From contig NZ_JHUX01000003.1 of NCBI RefSeq assembly GCF_000619845.1, forward strand, positions 1,090,064 to 1,122,063: a DNA stretch of 32,000 nt, written 5' to 3'. Positions within the stretch are counted from its first letter, which is position 1. Each line of letters begins with the position of its first letter. The stretch comes from Alkanindiges illinoisensis DSM 15370. GTDB lineage: Bacteria > Pseudomonadota > Gammaproteobacteria > Pseudomonadales > Moraxellaceae. Shown piece by piece: positions 12,258 through 20,366 of this stretch. The translations under genes and the position numbers were made by a program. The notes under the pieces were generated by a model, which did no database searches, had not been told where the DNA came from, and was given only the letters and a program-made list of their open reading frames with translations.

Positions 12258-13502
12258 GTGGACGTACGTCTGTCTGACCGTGTTAACTCTATCAAGCCCT
12301 CACCAACTCTTGCTGTTACCAATAAAGCAGCTGAATTGAAAGCCGCCGGCCATAATATTATTGGCTTGGGTGCTGGTGAGCCAGACTTTGATACCCCACA
12401 GCACATTAAGGATGCTGCCATTGCGGCCATCAATAACGGGTTTACCAAATATACCGCTGTAGACGGTACACCCGGCCTGAAAAAAGCCATTATTGCCAAG
12501 TTCAAGCGTGACAATAACCTTGATTATGCCGCTAACCAGATTCTGGTATCTTGCGGTGGCAAGCAAAGCTTTTTCAATCTGGCGCTGGCGTTTATCAATC
12601 CGGGTGATGAAGTCATTATTCCTGCACCGTACTGGGTGAGCTATCCGGACATGGTGCTCATTGCTGAAGGCGTGCCGGTTATTGTGAAATGCGGTGAAGA
12701 ACAGCGCTTCAAGATTACTGCTGAACAACTGGAAGCAGCGATTACCCCCAAAACCAGGCTGCTGGTATTGAATAGCCCGTCCAACCCGACTGGCATGATT
12801 TATACCAAGGAAGAACTGGAAGCACTGGCGGAAGTACTGCGTCGTCATCCACAGGTTTATATTGCCTCTGATGACATGTACGAACCAATTCGCTGGTCTG
12901 GCCCATTCTATAATATTGTAAATGTTGCGCCTGACCTGTATGACCGCACTCTGGTACTCAATGGTGTATCCAAAGCCTATGCCATGACTGGCTGGCGTAT
13001 TGGTTATGCGGCTGGCCCGGCAAACATCATCAAGGCCATGACCAAAGTACAGTCGCAATCGACTTCCAATCCAACTTCAATCAGTCAGGTTGCTGCTGAA
13101 GCTGCGCTGAATGGCCCGCAAGATGTATTGCAACCCATGATTGAAGCGTTCAAGCGTCGTCATGATCTGGTGGTTAATGGCTTAAATGCAATTAACGGAA
13201 TTAGCTGTCTGGATGCAGACGGTGCTTTTTATGCCTATGCGTCTATCCGTCCGGTTATTCGTGCGCTGGGTTTAAAATCCTGCACCGAATTTTCTGAATG
13301 GTTGCTGAATAAAACTGGCGTTGCAGTTGTACCGGGTGATGCATTTGGTTTAGGTGGTTATATGCGTATTTCCTACGCTACTGCTGACAGCGTGCTGGAA
13401 GATGCCCTAAACCGCATTAAAGAAGCGGTAGACAGTATTGATCCAGCTACATTGAGTGCTGCAATTGAATCTGTTGCAGCAGATCAGGCAACTGGCAAGT
13501 AA
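12258..13502 (+). CDS. class-I PLP-dependent (aspartate-type) aminotransferase
   Basis: PLP-lysine motif SKAYAMTGWRIGY and NPSNPTG. GTG at 12258 has GAAGGAA 8 nt upstream and is preferred over the GTG at 12225. Confidence 0.9.
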   Translation: MDVRLSDRVNSIKPSPTLAVTNKAAELKAAGHNIIGLGAGEPDFDTPQHIKDAAIAAINNGFTKYTAVDGTPGLKKAIIAKFKRDNNLDYAANQILVSCGGKQSFFNLALAFINPGDEVIIPAPYWVSYPDMVLIAEGVPVIVKCGEEQRFKITAEQLEAAITPKTRLLVLNSPSNPTGMIYTKEELEALAEVLRRHPQVYIASDDMYEPIRWSGPFYNIVNVAPDLYDRTLVLNGVSKAYAMTGWRIGYAAGPANIIKAMTKVQSQSTSNPTSISQVAAEAALNGPQDVLQPMIEAFKRRHDLVVNGLNAINGISCLDADGAFYAYASIRPVIRALGLKSCTEFSEWLLNKTGVAVVPGDAFGLGGYMRISYATADSVLEDALNRIKEAVDSIDPATLSAAIESVAADQATGK

Positions 13503-13518
13503 TTTAACTGTGTATTTG

Positions 13519-13552
13519 AAAAAGCCCTGTTATTAATGATGGGGCTTTTTTA
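13519..13552 (+). terminator. rho-independent terminator
   Basis: Stem aaagccct/ggggcttt followed by a T-run, directly after the aminotransferase stop. Confidence 0.7.
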
Positions 13553-13689
13553 TGGCTATTCCGCTGGTATTATGGCTTTGTTGTACAGTTAATAATCCTG
13601 CCTTAAAAGTAAATAGAGCCGCTTATGGCCTTAATAATTCACTTGCGCTCATGATTTAAGCAATCAATTGTTTATTTCATTAAAAGGGC

Positions 13690-13718
13690 TTGACCACTAA
13701 CGTGTTGCTGCCTAAAAT
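13690..13718 (+). promoter_or_regulatory. sigma70-like promoter of tRNA-Asn copy 1
   Basis: TTGACC-N17-TAAAAT, 16 nt upstream of the tRNA 5' end. The same hexamers and spacing occur upstream of copy 2. Confidence 0.55.
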
Positions 13719-13734
13719 GCGCATCACCAACTGT

Positions 13735-13810
13735 TCTCCAATAGCTCAGTCGGTAGAGCAACGGACTGTTAATCCGTGTGTCCCTGGTTCGAGCCCAGGT
13801 TGGAGAGCCA
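13735..13810 (+). tRNA. tRNA-Asn (GTT)
   Basis: The cloverleaf folds by hand: acceptor tctccaa/ttggaga, anticodon loop ctGTTaa, T-loop ttcgagc, encoded CCA. Confidence 0.95.
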
Positions 13811-13825
13811 AGATTCTGCGGTAAT

Positions 13826-13858
13826 AAAAAATCCCTGCCTAATAAGCAGGGATTTTTT
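13826..13858 (+). terminator. rho-independent terminator after tRNA-Asn copy 1
   Basis: Stem aaaaatccctgc/gcagggattttt followed by a T-run. Confidence 0.75.
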
Positions 13859-13972
13859 ATTGAAAATTGAAAGATAAGTAATTTTTGAATAAAACCATTA
13901 TGTTGAGTCAGGCAGCTAAGATATTTATGCCTACGTATTCTATTTCACATTTTTTATAAGTATCAAAGATAT

Positions 13973-14455
13973 ATGAGTAATTCAGAAAGAAATCTGGAAG
14001 GAATTAGAGGCTGGTTAGTATTAATATTTATAGGCTTAGTTATCACACCAATTCGTATTGGTCTGTTTCTTTTTCAAGAATATACAGCACTATTTAAACA
14101 TGGTAACTGGAATGTACTTACATCTCCATCAAGTGAATTCTACCATCATTTATGGGCACCATTATTAGTGTTTGAAAGCGTTGGCAATTTATTGCTACTT
14201 ATATTGTCTTTAACCGTATTATATTTCTTTTTACACAAATCAAAATATGTACCAAAACTTATAATTTTCTGGCTAACGTATGGCCTTATTTTTGTCATTA
14301 TAGATTTTTTCTTCGCCGAACAAATTCCACTAATAGCGGATCTTTCTCAAGATACCGAATCCACTAAAGAAGTTATAAGATCATTCATTGCTGCGCTTAT
14401 TTGGATACCTTACTTCCTTATATCAAAAAGGGTTAAGGCCACTTTTATTCATTAA
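13973..14455 (+). CDS. polytopic membrane protein, DUF2569 (YdgK)-like
   Basis: 160-aa ORF in visibly AT-rich DNA between the two tRNA-Asn copies. It has an N-terminal GIRGWLVLIFIGL segment and about 4 TM helices. The family assignment is from memory of the motif and has not been searched. Confidence 0.6.
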   Translation: MSNSERNLEGIRGWLVLIFIGLVITPIRIGLFLFQEYTALFKHGNWNVLTSPSSEFYHHLWAPLLVFESVGNLLLLILSLTVLYFFLHKSKYVPKLIIFWLTYGLIFVIIDFFFAEQIPLIADLSQDTESTKEVIRSFIAALIWIPYFLISKRVKATFIH

Positions 14456-14622
14456 CTTTACTACAATTATGAGAACTCATTACTTCACTTAATTGAAGCA
14501 TGACTCAGCAAGAAATACTAAGGCAATGTACACTCTATATCTGTCATAAACTCTTAATAAACTTCTTCTGCCTACAAAATCAGCAAAGAAACCTGATTTT
14601 ATTAATATTTTCGCAAAACCCC

Positions 14623-14651
14623 TTGACCCTATGGGGATTGATGCATAAAAT
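14623..14651 (+). promoter_or_regulatory. sigma70-like promoter of tRNA-Asn copy 2
   Basis: TTGACC-N17-TAAAAT, 17 nt upstream of the tRNA. Confidence 0.55.
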
Positions 14652-14668
14652 GCCGCCGTACTGATCGA

Positions 14669-14744
14669 TCTCCAATAGCTCAGTCGGTAGAGCAACGGAC
14701 TGTTAATCCGTGTGTCCCTGGTTCGAGCCCAGGTTGGAGAGCCA
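14669..14744 (+). tRNA. tRNA-Asn (GTT), second identical copy
   Basis: 76 nt identical to 13735..13810, at an offset of 934 bp. Confidence 0.95.
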
Positions 14745-14759
14745 AGATTCTGCGGTAAT

Positions 14760-14793
14760 AAAAAATCCCTGCCCAATAAGCAGGGATTTTTTT
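14760..14793 (+). terminator. rho-independent terminator after tRNA-Asn copy 2
   Basis: Same hairpin as 13826-13858, with one loop substitution and one extra T. Confidence 0.75.
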
Positions 14794-14852
14794 ATTGGTG
14801 CTTATTTTATTCTCGCTTTAGCGCCACTTTAAATTTTATAGGAAAGCAAAAA

Positions 14853-15302
14853 ATGAGCATGTGGCTGATTATTGGTATTGTAATCATTGCATTACTGGGC
14901 ATTATTGCAGGGGAAAATAAAAAGCCCCGCCAGCAGCACACACCCATTCATGCCAAACCAATATTAACCCGTCGTGAACAGCAGTTTTTTGCCGTACTGC
15001 AACAAGCCATGCCCCGCGCTTATATTTTCCCGCAAGTCAGCTTTTCCGCCATTTTGACTACTAAGGGGTTTTATACGCGTAGTCAGTTTAACCGCAAGAT
15101 TGCTGACTTTGTGTTATGCGATCACAATCTTAATATTGTGGCGATTATTGAACTGGATGACAGTAGTCATAAAGGCCGCGAGCAACAGGATGCCGCGCGT
15201 GATGCCATGCTGAATGAAGCAGGCTATCCGGTATTTCGCTATGCACAAATTCCTGTGGCTGGGCAGCTCCAGAAAGACCTGCAAAAATACCTGAAGTGGT
15301 AA
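14853..15302 (+). CDS. membrane-anchored DUF2726 / PD-(D/E)xK nuclease-like protein (copy A)
   Basis: 149 aa from the ATG at 14853; the track start at 14712 lies inside the tRNA. An N-terminal TM helix is followed by a K/R-rich stretch and then ADFVL...IIELDDSSHKG. It is about 50% identical by eye to the prophage protein at 26278..26739. Confidence 0.8.
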   Translation: MSMWLIIGIVIIALLGIIAGENKKPRQQHTPIHAKPILTRREQQFFAVLQQAMPRAYIFPQVSFSAILTTKGFYTRSQFNRKIADFVLCDHNLNIVAIIELDDSSHKGREQQDAARDAMLNEAGYPVFRYAQIPVAGQLQKDLQKYLKW

Positions 15303-15317
15303 TGGCTTAATATCGTA

Positions 15318-15339
15318 TCTGGAAAAGTCCAGAATTTTT
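15318..15339. terminator. short bidirectional hairpin between convergent genes
   Basis: tctgga-aaag-tccaga followed by ATTTTT. Confidence 0.45.
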
Positions 15340-15346
15340 AATCCAT

Positions 15347-15715
15347 TTAGTTGTGTTTTCTATCAAAGGCCTTATGCTGGTTTGCGCTGGCATCGCGCAC
15401 ATTACTGGCACAAGTACTGGCGCTGACCTCCACTGGCTTGGCTCTTGCATCATAACATTTACAGCCTGTGGGCGTTTTCATGCAGCCTGCAATATACTGC
15501 ATTTGTGAGCTGGAATTTAAATGATGCAGTTGTGACTTGATCTGTTCATTTTGAATCTGGGTTTCACTCATGCCATCGCTATGCGGCGTCGGAATTGAAT
15601 CTGAAGAAATCTGGCTCGGCTCGGTTTTAAAGAAAGACTGCTTTTTAAGGACATTAAACACAACAAGTGCAATGACCAGAAAAATAGCCAGCTTAATCAT
15701 TTTTTGTAAGGCCAT
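15347..15715 (-). CDS. orphan Zot/pI C-terminal-domain (pXI-like) protein
   Basis: TM helix (KLAIFLVIALVVF) plus YIAGCMKTPTGCKCYDARAKPVEVSASTC, which aligns without gaps to the C-terminus of the prophage Zot (YLSGCIQLKTKCSCYTQQGSKLDVSIADC), all 4 Cys included. The start is uncertain (ATG at 15715 or 15700, TTG at 15736) and there is no clear SD. Confidence 0.6.
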   Translation of the reverse strand: MALQKMIKLAIFLVIALVVFNVLKKQSFFKTEPSQISSDSIPTPHSDGMSETQIQNEQIKSQLHHLNSSSQMQYIAGCMKTPTGCKCYDARAKPVEVSASTCASNVRDASANQHKAFDRKHN

Positions 15716-15932
15716 AATTGTCTTTATAATTAGCAAAATTATGTGAGTAGCGGCAAATTTCTATTATTGTATTAATATCAGCATGCACACTGTGAAAACT
15801 GATTTTAATAAATCTATGCCTTAAAAGACAAGCTGTAACAGAGTTGCTTATAATTTAAGCAGCATCATTGATGTTTACCGCTGCATACTCCAGCTTATTC
15901 AATTCAACAATAATATACAGCTGGAGTATGTC

Positions 15933-16964
15933 ATGCCCAATTTTTCCTATGTCTGGCTTACTCCTTATTATCGGCCTATCTCATGCTGGGTTAAGCTAAT
16001 CTTGGCTGGGCTGTTTTTGGGCTTATGTTCATTCGTTCAGGCAGCAAGCACTTCCTTAAATCATAAAGTTATTGTAGTCACAGGCGCGTCCAGTGGTTTT
16101 GGCAAGGGCATTGCGCTGAAACTGGCCAGTGAAGGTGCAACAGTGGTACTGGCAGCAAGACGCACGGAATTGCTGGAACAAATCGCACAACAGTGCAGGC
16201 AACTGGGCGGCAATGCACTAGTGGTTACTACGGATGTGGCCAATGAACAGGAAGTTCAGCAGTTGGCTCAACGGACTCTGGATAATTTTGGCCGTATTGA
16301 TGTGTGGATTAACAATGCCGGGGTTGGTGTATTTGGCCGATTTGATGAAGCGCCACTGGCCGATCATAAACGACTGATGGATATTAATTTTAATGGCACG
16401 ATGTATGGTAGCTATTATGCCATGCGCCAGTTCCGCCAGCAGCATTACGGCTCACTAATCAATATTTCTTCGGTAATGGGTAAAGTACCGCTACCCTACT
16501 ATGCTAGCTATACTGCATCCAAACATGCCATTGTTGGGCTTGATGCAGCCATCAATCAGGAATTGCAGGTTAACCACGAGCGCAATATTCATGTCACTAC
16601 GATTATGCCATTTGCTGCTGATACACCCTGGTTTAATCATACGGCCAATTATAGTGGCAAGTCTCCACGCATGATTGCGCTAGATCATCCCGATAAAATC
16701 ATCAATGCTGTAATAAAAGCCATTGGCCATCCCAAAAAAGAAGTCGCTGTAGGCTATAAGGCAAAACTGGCTGTAACTTCCCACCGCATTGCCACAGGTT
16801 TAACCAATACGCTGGCTGGGCGTGCTGGTCATAAAATTATGATTCAGGACCCGCCGCCTGCTCCAGATACCACGGGCACACTATATAAGCCTATGGCTGA
16901 AGGTACTGGTGTGGTAGGTGGGGTCAAAGCCCGTGTAGAGAGGGAAGATCAAATGCAGGACTAG
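15933..16964 (+). CDS. short-chain dehydrogenase/reductase with N-terminal membrane/signal segment
   Basis: TGASSGFG cofactor motif, NNAG, catalytic YTASK, and GGAG upstream of the ATG. Confidence 0.9.
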   Translation: MPNFSYVWLTPYYRPISCWVKLILAGLFLGLCSFVQAASTSLNHKVIVVTGASSGFGKGIALKLASEGATVVLAARRTELLEQIAQQCRQLGGNALVVTTDVANEQEVQQLAQRTLDNFGRIDVWINNAGVGVFGRFDEAPLADHKRLMDINFNGTMYGSYYAMRQFRQQHYGSLINISSVMGKVPLPYYASYTASKHAIVGLDAAINQELQVNHERNIHVTTIMPFAADTPWFNHTANYSGKSPRMIALDHPDKIINAVIKAIGHPKKEVAVGYKAKLAVTSHRIATGLTNTLAGRAGHKIMIQDPPPAPDTTGTLYKPMAEGTGVVGGVKARVEREDQMQD

Positions 16965-17192
16965 CAGACATCATTACTTCTAAACTTTATGTATTGAAGT
17001 CCATATTGAGTAATTCAGTAGTCGAGGTTTTTACCAATCACTGAGTTAACTAATACTATGAATAACTTGCTAAACTTATACTTACTTATAGAAGAATTTC
17101 TTATAAAAATTTATTACAACCGGGTTATATCCTATGAAGCAGCCTATCCTTGCATATTTTTGCGCTCATCAGCCTGTTAGTTGAGTAATACA

Positions 17193-18119
17193 ATGAATTT
17201 CCAGTTATCTGCGAGCTTTGAAGATGCAGGCCGTGCAGTCCTAGACTTCTTGCATCAGCGTCTGGATTTTGGGTTATGGATGATTACCCGCACCGAGGGC
17301 GATGACTGGATTGTGCTGCAATCCGAGGATCATGGCTATCAGGTTAAGCCCGGGCAGGTCTTTCGCTGGGCGGATTCATTTTGTGCCCACATGGTTCAGA
17401 GTGCAGCACCGCATATTGCCCCCTGCTCTGATGAGATTGAACTGTATGCCACTGCGCCTATTGCCAAGCTGGTGCCTATAAAAGCTTATATTGGCTTTCC
17501 CCTGCGTCGGGAGAATGGCGAATTATTTGGTACTTTGTGCGCTATAGATCCACATCCAAAACCCGAATCCATCCGGCAGGAACAGGAACTGCTTGACCTG
17601 CTCAGCAATCTGTTGAGTGTCATTTTGCAAAATGAGCTTCAGCGCATCCAGTACACCCGTTATTTTGAGCGTCTGCAGGTAGAAACATTGCTGGATGAAT
17701 CAACCCAGCTATACAACCGGGCTGCATGGGATCGGCTGATTAATGCAGAAGAAGAACGCAGCCGCAGGCTTGGCCATCCTTCTGCAGTTTATGTGATTCA
17801 ATTGCACAACAGTCAAAAAGCCATGAGTCATCAGGAAAAAACGGCTCATGAGCTACTGATCAGGCGTGCTGCAATGGCCCTAAAAAAAATACTGCATGAT
17901 GATGATATTCTGGCACGGCTCAACGAGCATGAGTTTGCCATCTTAAATATTAATCTTGATAAATCAAAAGCTGAGGATTTTTTCCATTATATTCGGCAAA
18001 CCTTGCAGCATATGAATATTGCTGCATCAATTGGTTATGCACTCCGTCATCCGTCTACTGGATTGCATCAGGCACTGATTCAGGCTACAGCACAAATCCG
18101 TGGCCAGCAGCACAATTAA
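17193..18119 (+). CDS. GAF-domain protein with degenerate GGDEF domain
   Basis: N-terminal GAF-like region (GFPLRRENGELFGTLCAID). The C-terminal GGDEF fold starts at STQLYNRAAW, but the active-site motif reads NEHEF instead of GG(D/E)EF. Confidence 0.8.
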   Translation: MNFQLSASFEDAGRAVLDFLHQRLDFGLWMITRTEGDDWIVLQSEDHGYQVKPGQVFRWADSFCAHMVQSAAPHIAPCSDEIELYATAPIAKLVPIKAYIGFPLRRENGELFGTLCAIDPHPKPESIRQEQELLDLLSNLLSVILQNELQRIQYTRYFERLQVETLLDESTQLYNRAAWDRLINAEEERSRRLGHPSAVYVIQLHNSQKAMSHQEKTAHELLIRRAAMALKKILHDDDILARLNEHEFAILNINLDKSKAEDFFHYIRQTLQHMNIAASIGYALRHPSTGLHQALIQATAQIRGQQHN

Positions 18120-18305
18120 TTTCCTAAACAGCTTTTATTCATTCCATACTGATGACTTAAAAACCCTGACAGCTTAAAATCTTCTAAAATTGCATAACAG
18201 CAATGTTGATAGCGAATTTTTTAAGATATTTATCTATCATATCTTTATATAGCTAAAGCACTAAAGACAGCTTAAGCACACTTGTGCTTTGGCCTTTATA
18301 AATAA

Positions 18306-18764
18306 TTGTTTAATGGCTTTGCCAGAGAAATAAATGAGTCAATTAATTTTTTTAATTATAGGGTTGGATATTGGTTAGGGAAAAATTATAAATCAACCAG
18401 ACAAAATAAAAAGCCGGTGCCATCACGGCTTAGGCAATTGACAGCCATAGAACGGCAAAAAGCTAAAGTTCTGTATACAACTGATGCAGATCGCATTAAG
18501 GAGCTCAATTTACTTTCACCCACTGAAGGAAAGTTTTTACGCATACTTCAGCATGAATTCATCAGTGCTGACATTGTAGTCAAGCAAAAGCGTTTCTTTG
18601 TGGTAGATAAAGATCAATTTCCACTGGCTATCTTTGAATATCGTGATGGGTTGCAAACTTTAAGGGCAACAGATGTAGATGATGGTTTACCTGTATTTAT
18701 CTATAAGAATTTGCCACCAAGCAGCTCTATTAAAGAAGATGCAGAATTTATACTGGCTCGATAA
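18306..18764 (+). CDS. hypothetical protein with degenerate DUF2726-like segments
   Basis: AT-rich region with a TTG start and no internal Met. LSPTEGKFLRILQHEF, FFVVDKDQFPLAIFEYRDG and GLPVFIYKN mirror the LT..E..F..L, DFV..ELD and AGYPV.RY blocks of the two DUF2726 proteins, but the acidic and Lys residues are not conserved. Confidence 0.45.
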   Translation: MFNGFAREINESINFFNYRVGYWLGKNYKSTRQNKKPVPSRLRQLTAIERQKAKVLYTTDADRIKELNLLSPTEGKFLRILQHEFISADIVVKQKRFFVVDKDQFPLAIFEYRDGLQTLRATDVDDGLPVFIYKNLPPSSSIKEDAEFILAR

Positions 18765-18772
18765 GGAGTAAC

Positions 18773-19171
18773 ATGAGTAAGGACTTTTTAGTTTTTTTGA
18801 TTCCCCTTGGAATTTTTTTGGCTTACTAGATTTTTGGTAATAAACCTGCTCGTCCTCAGCGGATATCCTCTGGTTCTAGAAATGTAAAACCTTCAAAAGA
18901 ACAGCGCAATCAGAAGATTTCAGCCATTAATCTGTTGTTTAAAAATGCTTCAACAGAATTCAAGGAATATCGTGTTTTCAGCAAGAATGGAAAAGTAATA
19001 ATTTCTGAAATTGAAGATATAAGAGAATATCCTAGAGAACTTATATTTATTTCCCTAAATCCTTTAGCACAGAAGTCCATTACACAAGGTAGTGCATACA
19101 TTGTGGCGGTGTATCGTTCAGTACTCACAGGTGCAGAAATGCGTCGGGATTTTGCTTCAATATTACACTAG
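18773..19171 (+). pseudogene. 132-codon frame interrupted by an in-frame TAG at 18827-18829
   Basis: AAGGAG lies 6 nt before the ATG at 18773. An 18-aa hydrophobic N-terminus (MSKDFLVFLIPLGIFLAY) is followed by TAG, and the same frame stays open to 19171, which contains the track ORF 18935..19171. Confidence 0.45.
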
Positions 19172-19301
19172 GATATTTTTCTAGTAATCTTGTATGGGTA
19201 CAAGAAAGTAAGATTAAGCCGTTAATTTTGCACAGAAAACTAGCAATTTGAATGATCTAGAAAAAGAGGTTGTCAAAGCTAAGCCCAAAATTAGTTTTAA
19301 G

Positions 19302-19386
19302 TGAAATTGCTGGATTAAATCCGTTTGATACGCGCACAGAGGTACAGACGGAATTAGACAAGGATAATTCTTCTTATTGGAATAAA
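19302..19386 (+). pseudogene. remnant of the 3' end of a phage HTH-regulator gene (older, related phage)
   Basis: Encodes [29 protein letters not shown], colinear with the tail of the intact prophage HTH gene (26995-27079). Of the 11 differing codons, 6 are synonymous and 5 change the residue. Confidence 0.6.
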
Positions 19387-19431
19387 TGGCGCGCCCGGCG
19401 GGATTCGAACCCACGACCCCTGCCTTCGGAG
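19366..19431. repeat. attL: 66-bp perfect direct repeat (21 bp of flank plus the 3' 45 nt of tRNA-Arg)
   Basis: Identical to 27059-27124 at an offset of 7,693 bp. It contains only the 3' part of the tRNA (CCA end to anticodon loop). Confidence 0.85.
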
Positions 19432-19465
19432 CGCGTCAGTTTTAGTATTTCAGTTACAAAAATAT

Positions 19466-20347
19466 TTAAAAAGTTGGCAGAGATTTTAGAGCGTCGCGCA
19501 AATTATCAATTTGCAAGTGAGCATAGCGCTCCGTTGTTGTTATACACGTATGGCCTAGCAGATCGCGCACCGTATAAAGCGGGATTCCCGATTGAACGAG
19601 CCACGATGCAAAAGTGTGTCGTAAATCGTGAATACGCAAGTTATCAATCTTTGCCATCTTACAGGCTAATCTAAATCCTTTCTTTAAACTCAGTATATGA
19701 GTGCCTGTCTGTTCATTATAAAAAACCCAAGTATTATTCGCCCTGGCTAACTTCATTTCATGCAGCACTTGCATGGCCGTTTCATTCAATGCAATAAAAC
19801 GCCGCCGTTTTGACTTGGTATTTTCCCTATTCAGAATTAAATAGCGATTATTAAAATCCACCCTATCCCAAGAAAGCCGGAGCAGCTCACCAGATCGGCA
19901 GCCCGTATTTAAAGCCAATTTGATAAAGCAGTTTAAAAAGTAATTATCTTTTGAAGCATAGATTAGCCTTGCAGCTTCAGCATTAGATAGAAAGCGGATA
20001 CGTGGCTCAGATTCAGATAATGAAAAATTGGCCAATGGGTTTCTATGGGATAATTCATGGTCAGTAAAATAATAATTAATTGCAGCACGCAGAGACCGAA
20101 ATTCACGGTTAATTGTCGCGTCAGTCACTCCAGCAGCACGCCTAAAGTGAATGTAGTCACGCAGGCTTTGCCGTGTGATTGCAGTTATTTCAATGTCACC
20201 ATAAAAAAGCTCAAAGCGTGCATAGGCATATTTGTCACGATCTTTTGAAGTATGTTCAGAATAATGCAGATAATAAGCTGTCACATTATTAAGGGTAATC
20301 ATAGCTAAAAGTCCTGATACATAAGGACTTTTAAAAGTGGAATTCAT
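19466..20347 (-). CDS. int: tyrosine recombinase / phage integrase
   Basis: C-terminal catalytic region NTGCRSGELLRL...HDLRHTFASWLVQSG...LLGHTCITTTERYAHL (R, H-x-x-R, Y). It lies directly next to attL. Confidence 0.9.
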   Translation of the reverse strand: MNSTFKSPYVSGLLAMITLNNVTAYYLHYSEHTSKDRDKYAYARFELFYGDIEITAITRQSLRDYIHFRRAAGVTDATINREFRSLRAAINYYFTDHELSHRNPLANFSLSESEPRIRFLSNAEAARLIYASKDNYFLNCFIKLALNTGCRSGELLRLSWDRVDFNNRYLILNRENTKSKRRRFIALNETAMQVLHEMKLARANNTWVFYNEQTGTHILSLKKGFRLACKMAKIDNLRIHDLRHTFASWLVQSGIPLYTVRDLLGHTCITTTERYAHLQIDNLRDALKSLPTF

Positions 20348-20366
20348 GGCATGTTTAGTCTGTTTT

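Noticed and set aside
12300-13058. 252-aa minus-strand ORF inside the aminotransferase gene
   Set aside because: It is antisense to a gene with unambiguous PLP-aminotransferase motifs. The other antisense or shadow ORFs inside proB, obgE, gap, uvrB, rep, zot and the pIII-like gene are rejected for the same reason.
14489-14776. 95-aa minus-strand ORF, and the 14712 start of the 196-aa plus-strand ORF
   Set aside because: Both run through tRNA-Asn copy 2 and its terminator. The real DUF2726 start is the ATG at 14853.
18120-18305. Search for a second tRNA-Arg fragment marking the left end of the decayed phage
   Set aside because: I could not find a ttcgaacc/ggcgcgcc-type fragment by eye left of 19387, so the left boundary of the remnant stays undefined.
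19270-19674. 134-aa plus-strand ORF spanning the attL region
   Set aside because: It is a chimera: HTH-remnant tail, then tRNA-Arg fragment read antisense, then the antisense of the int 3' end. It matters only as the source of the predicted excised-form C-terminus of the HTH protein.
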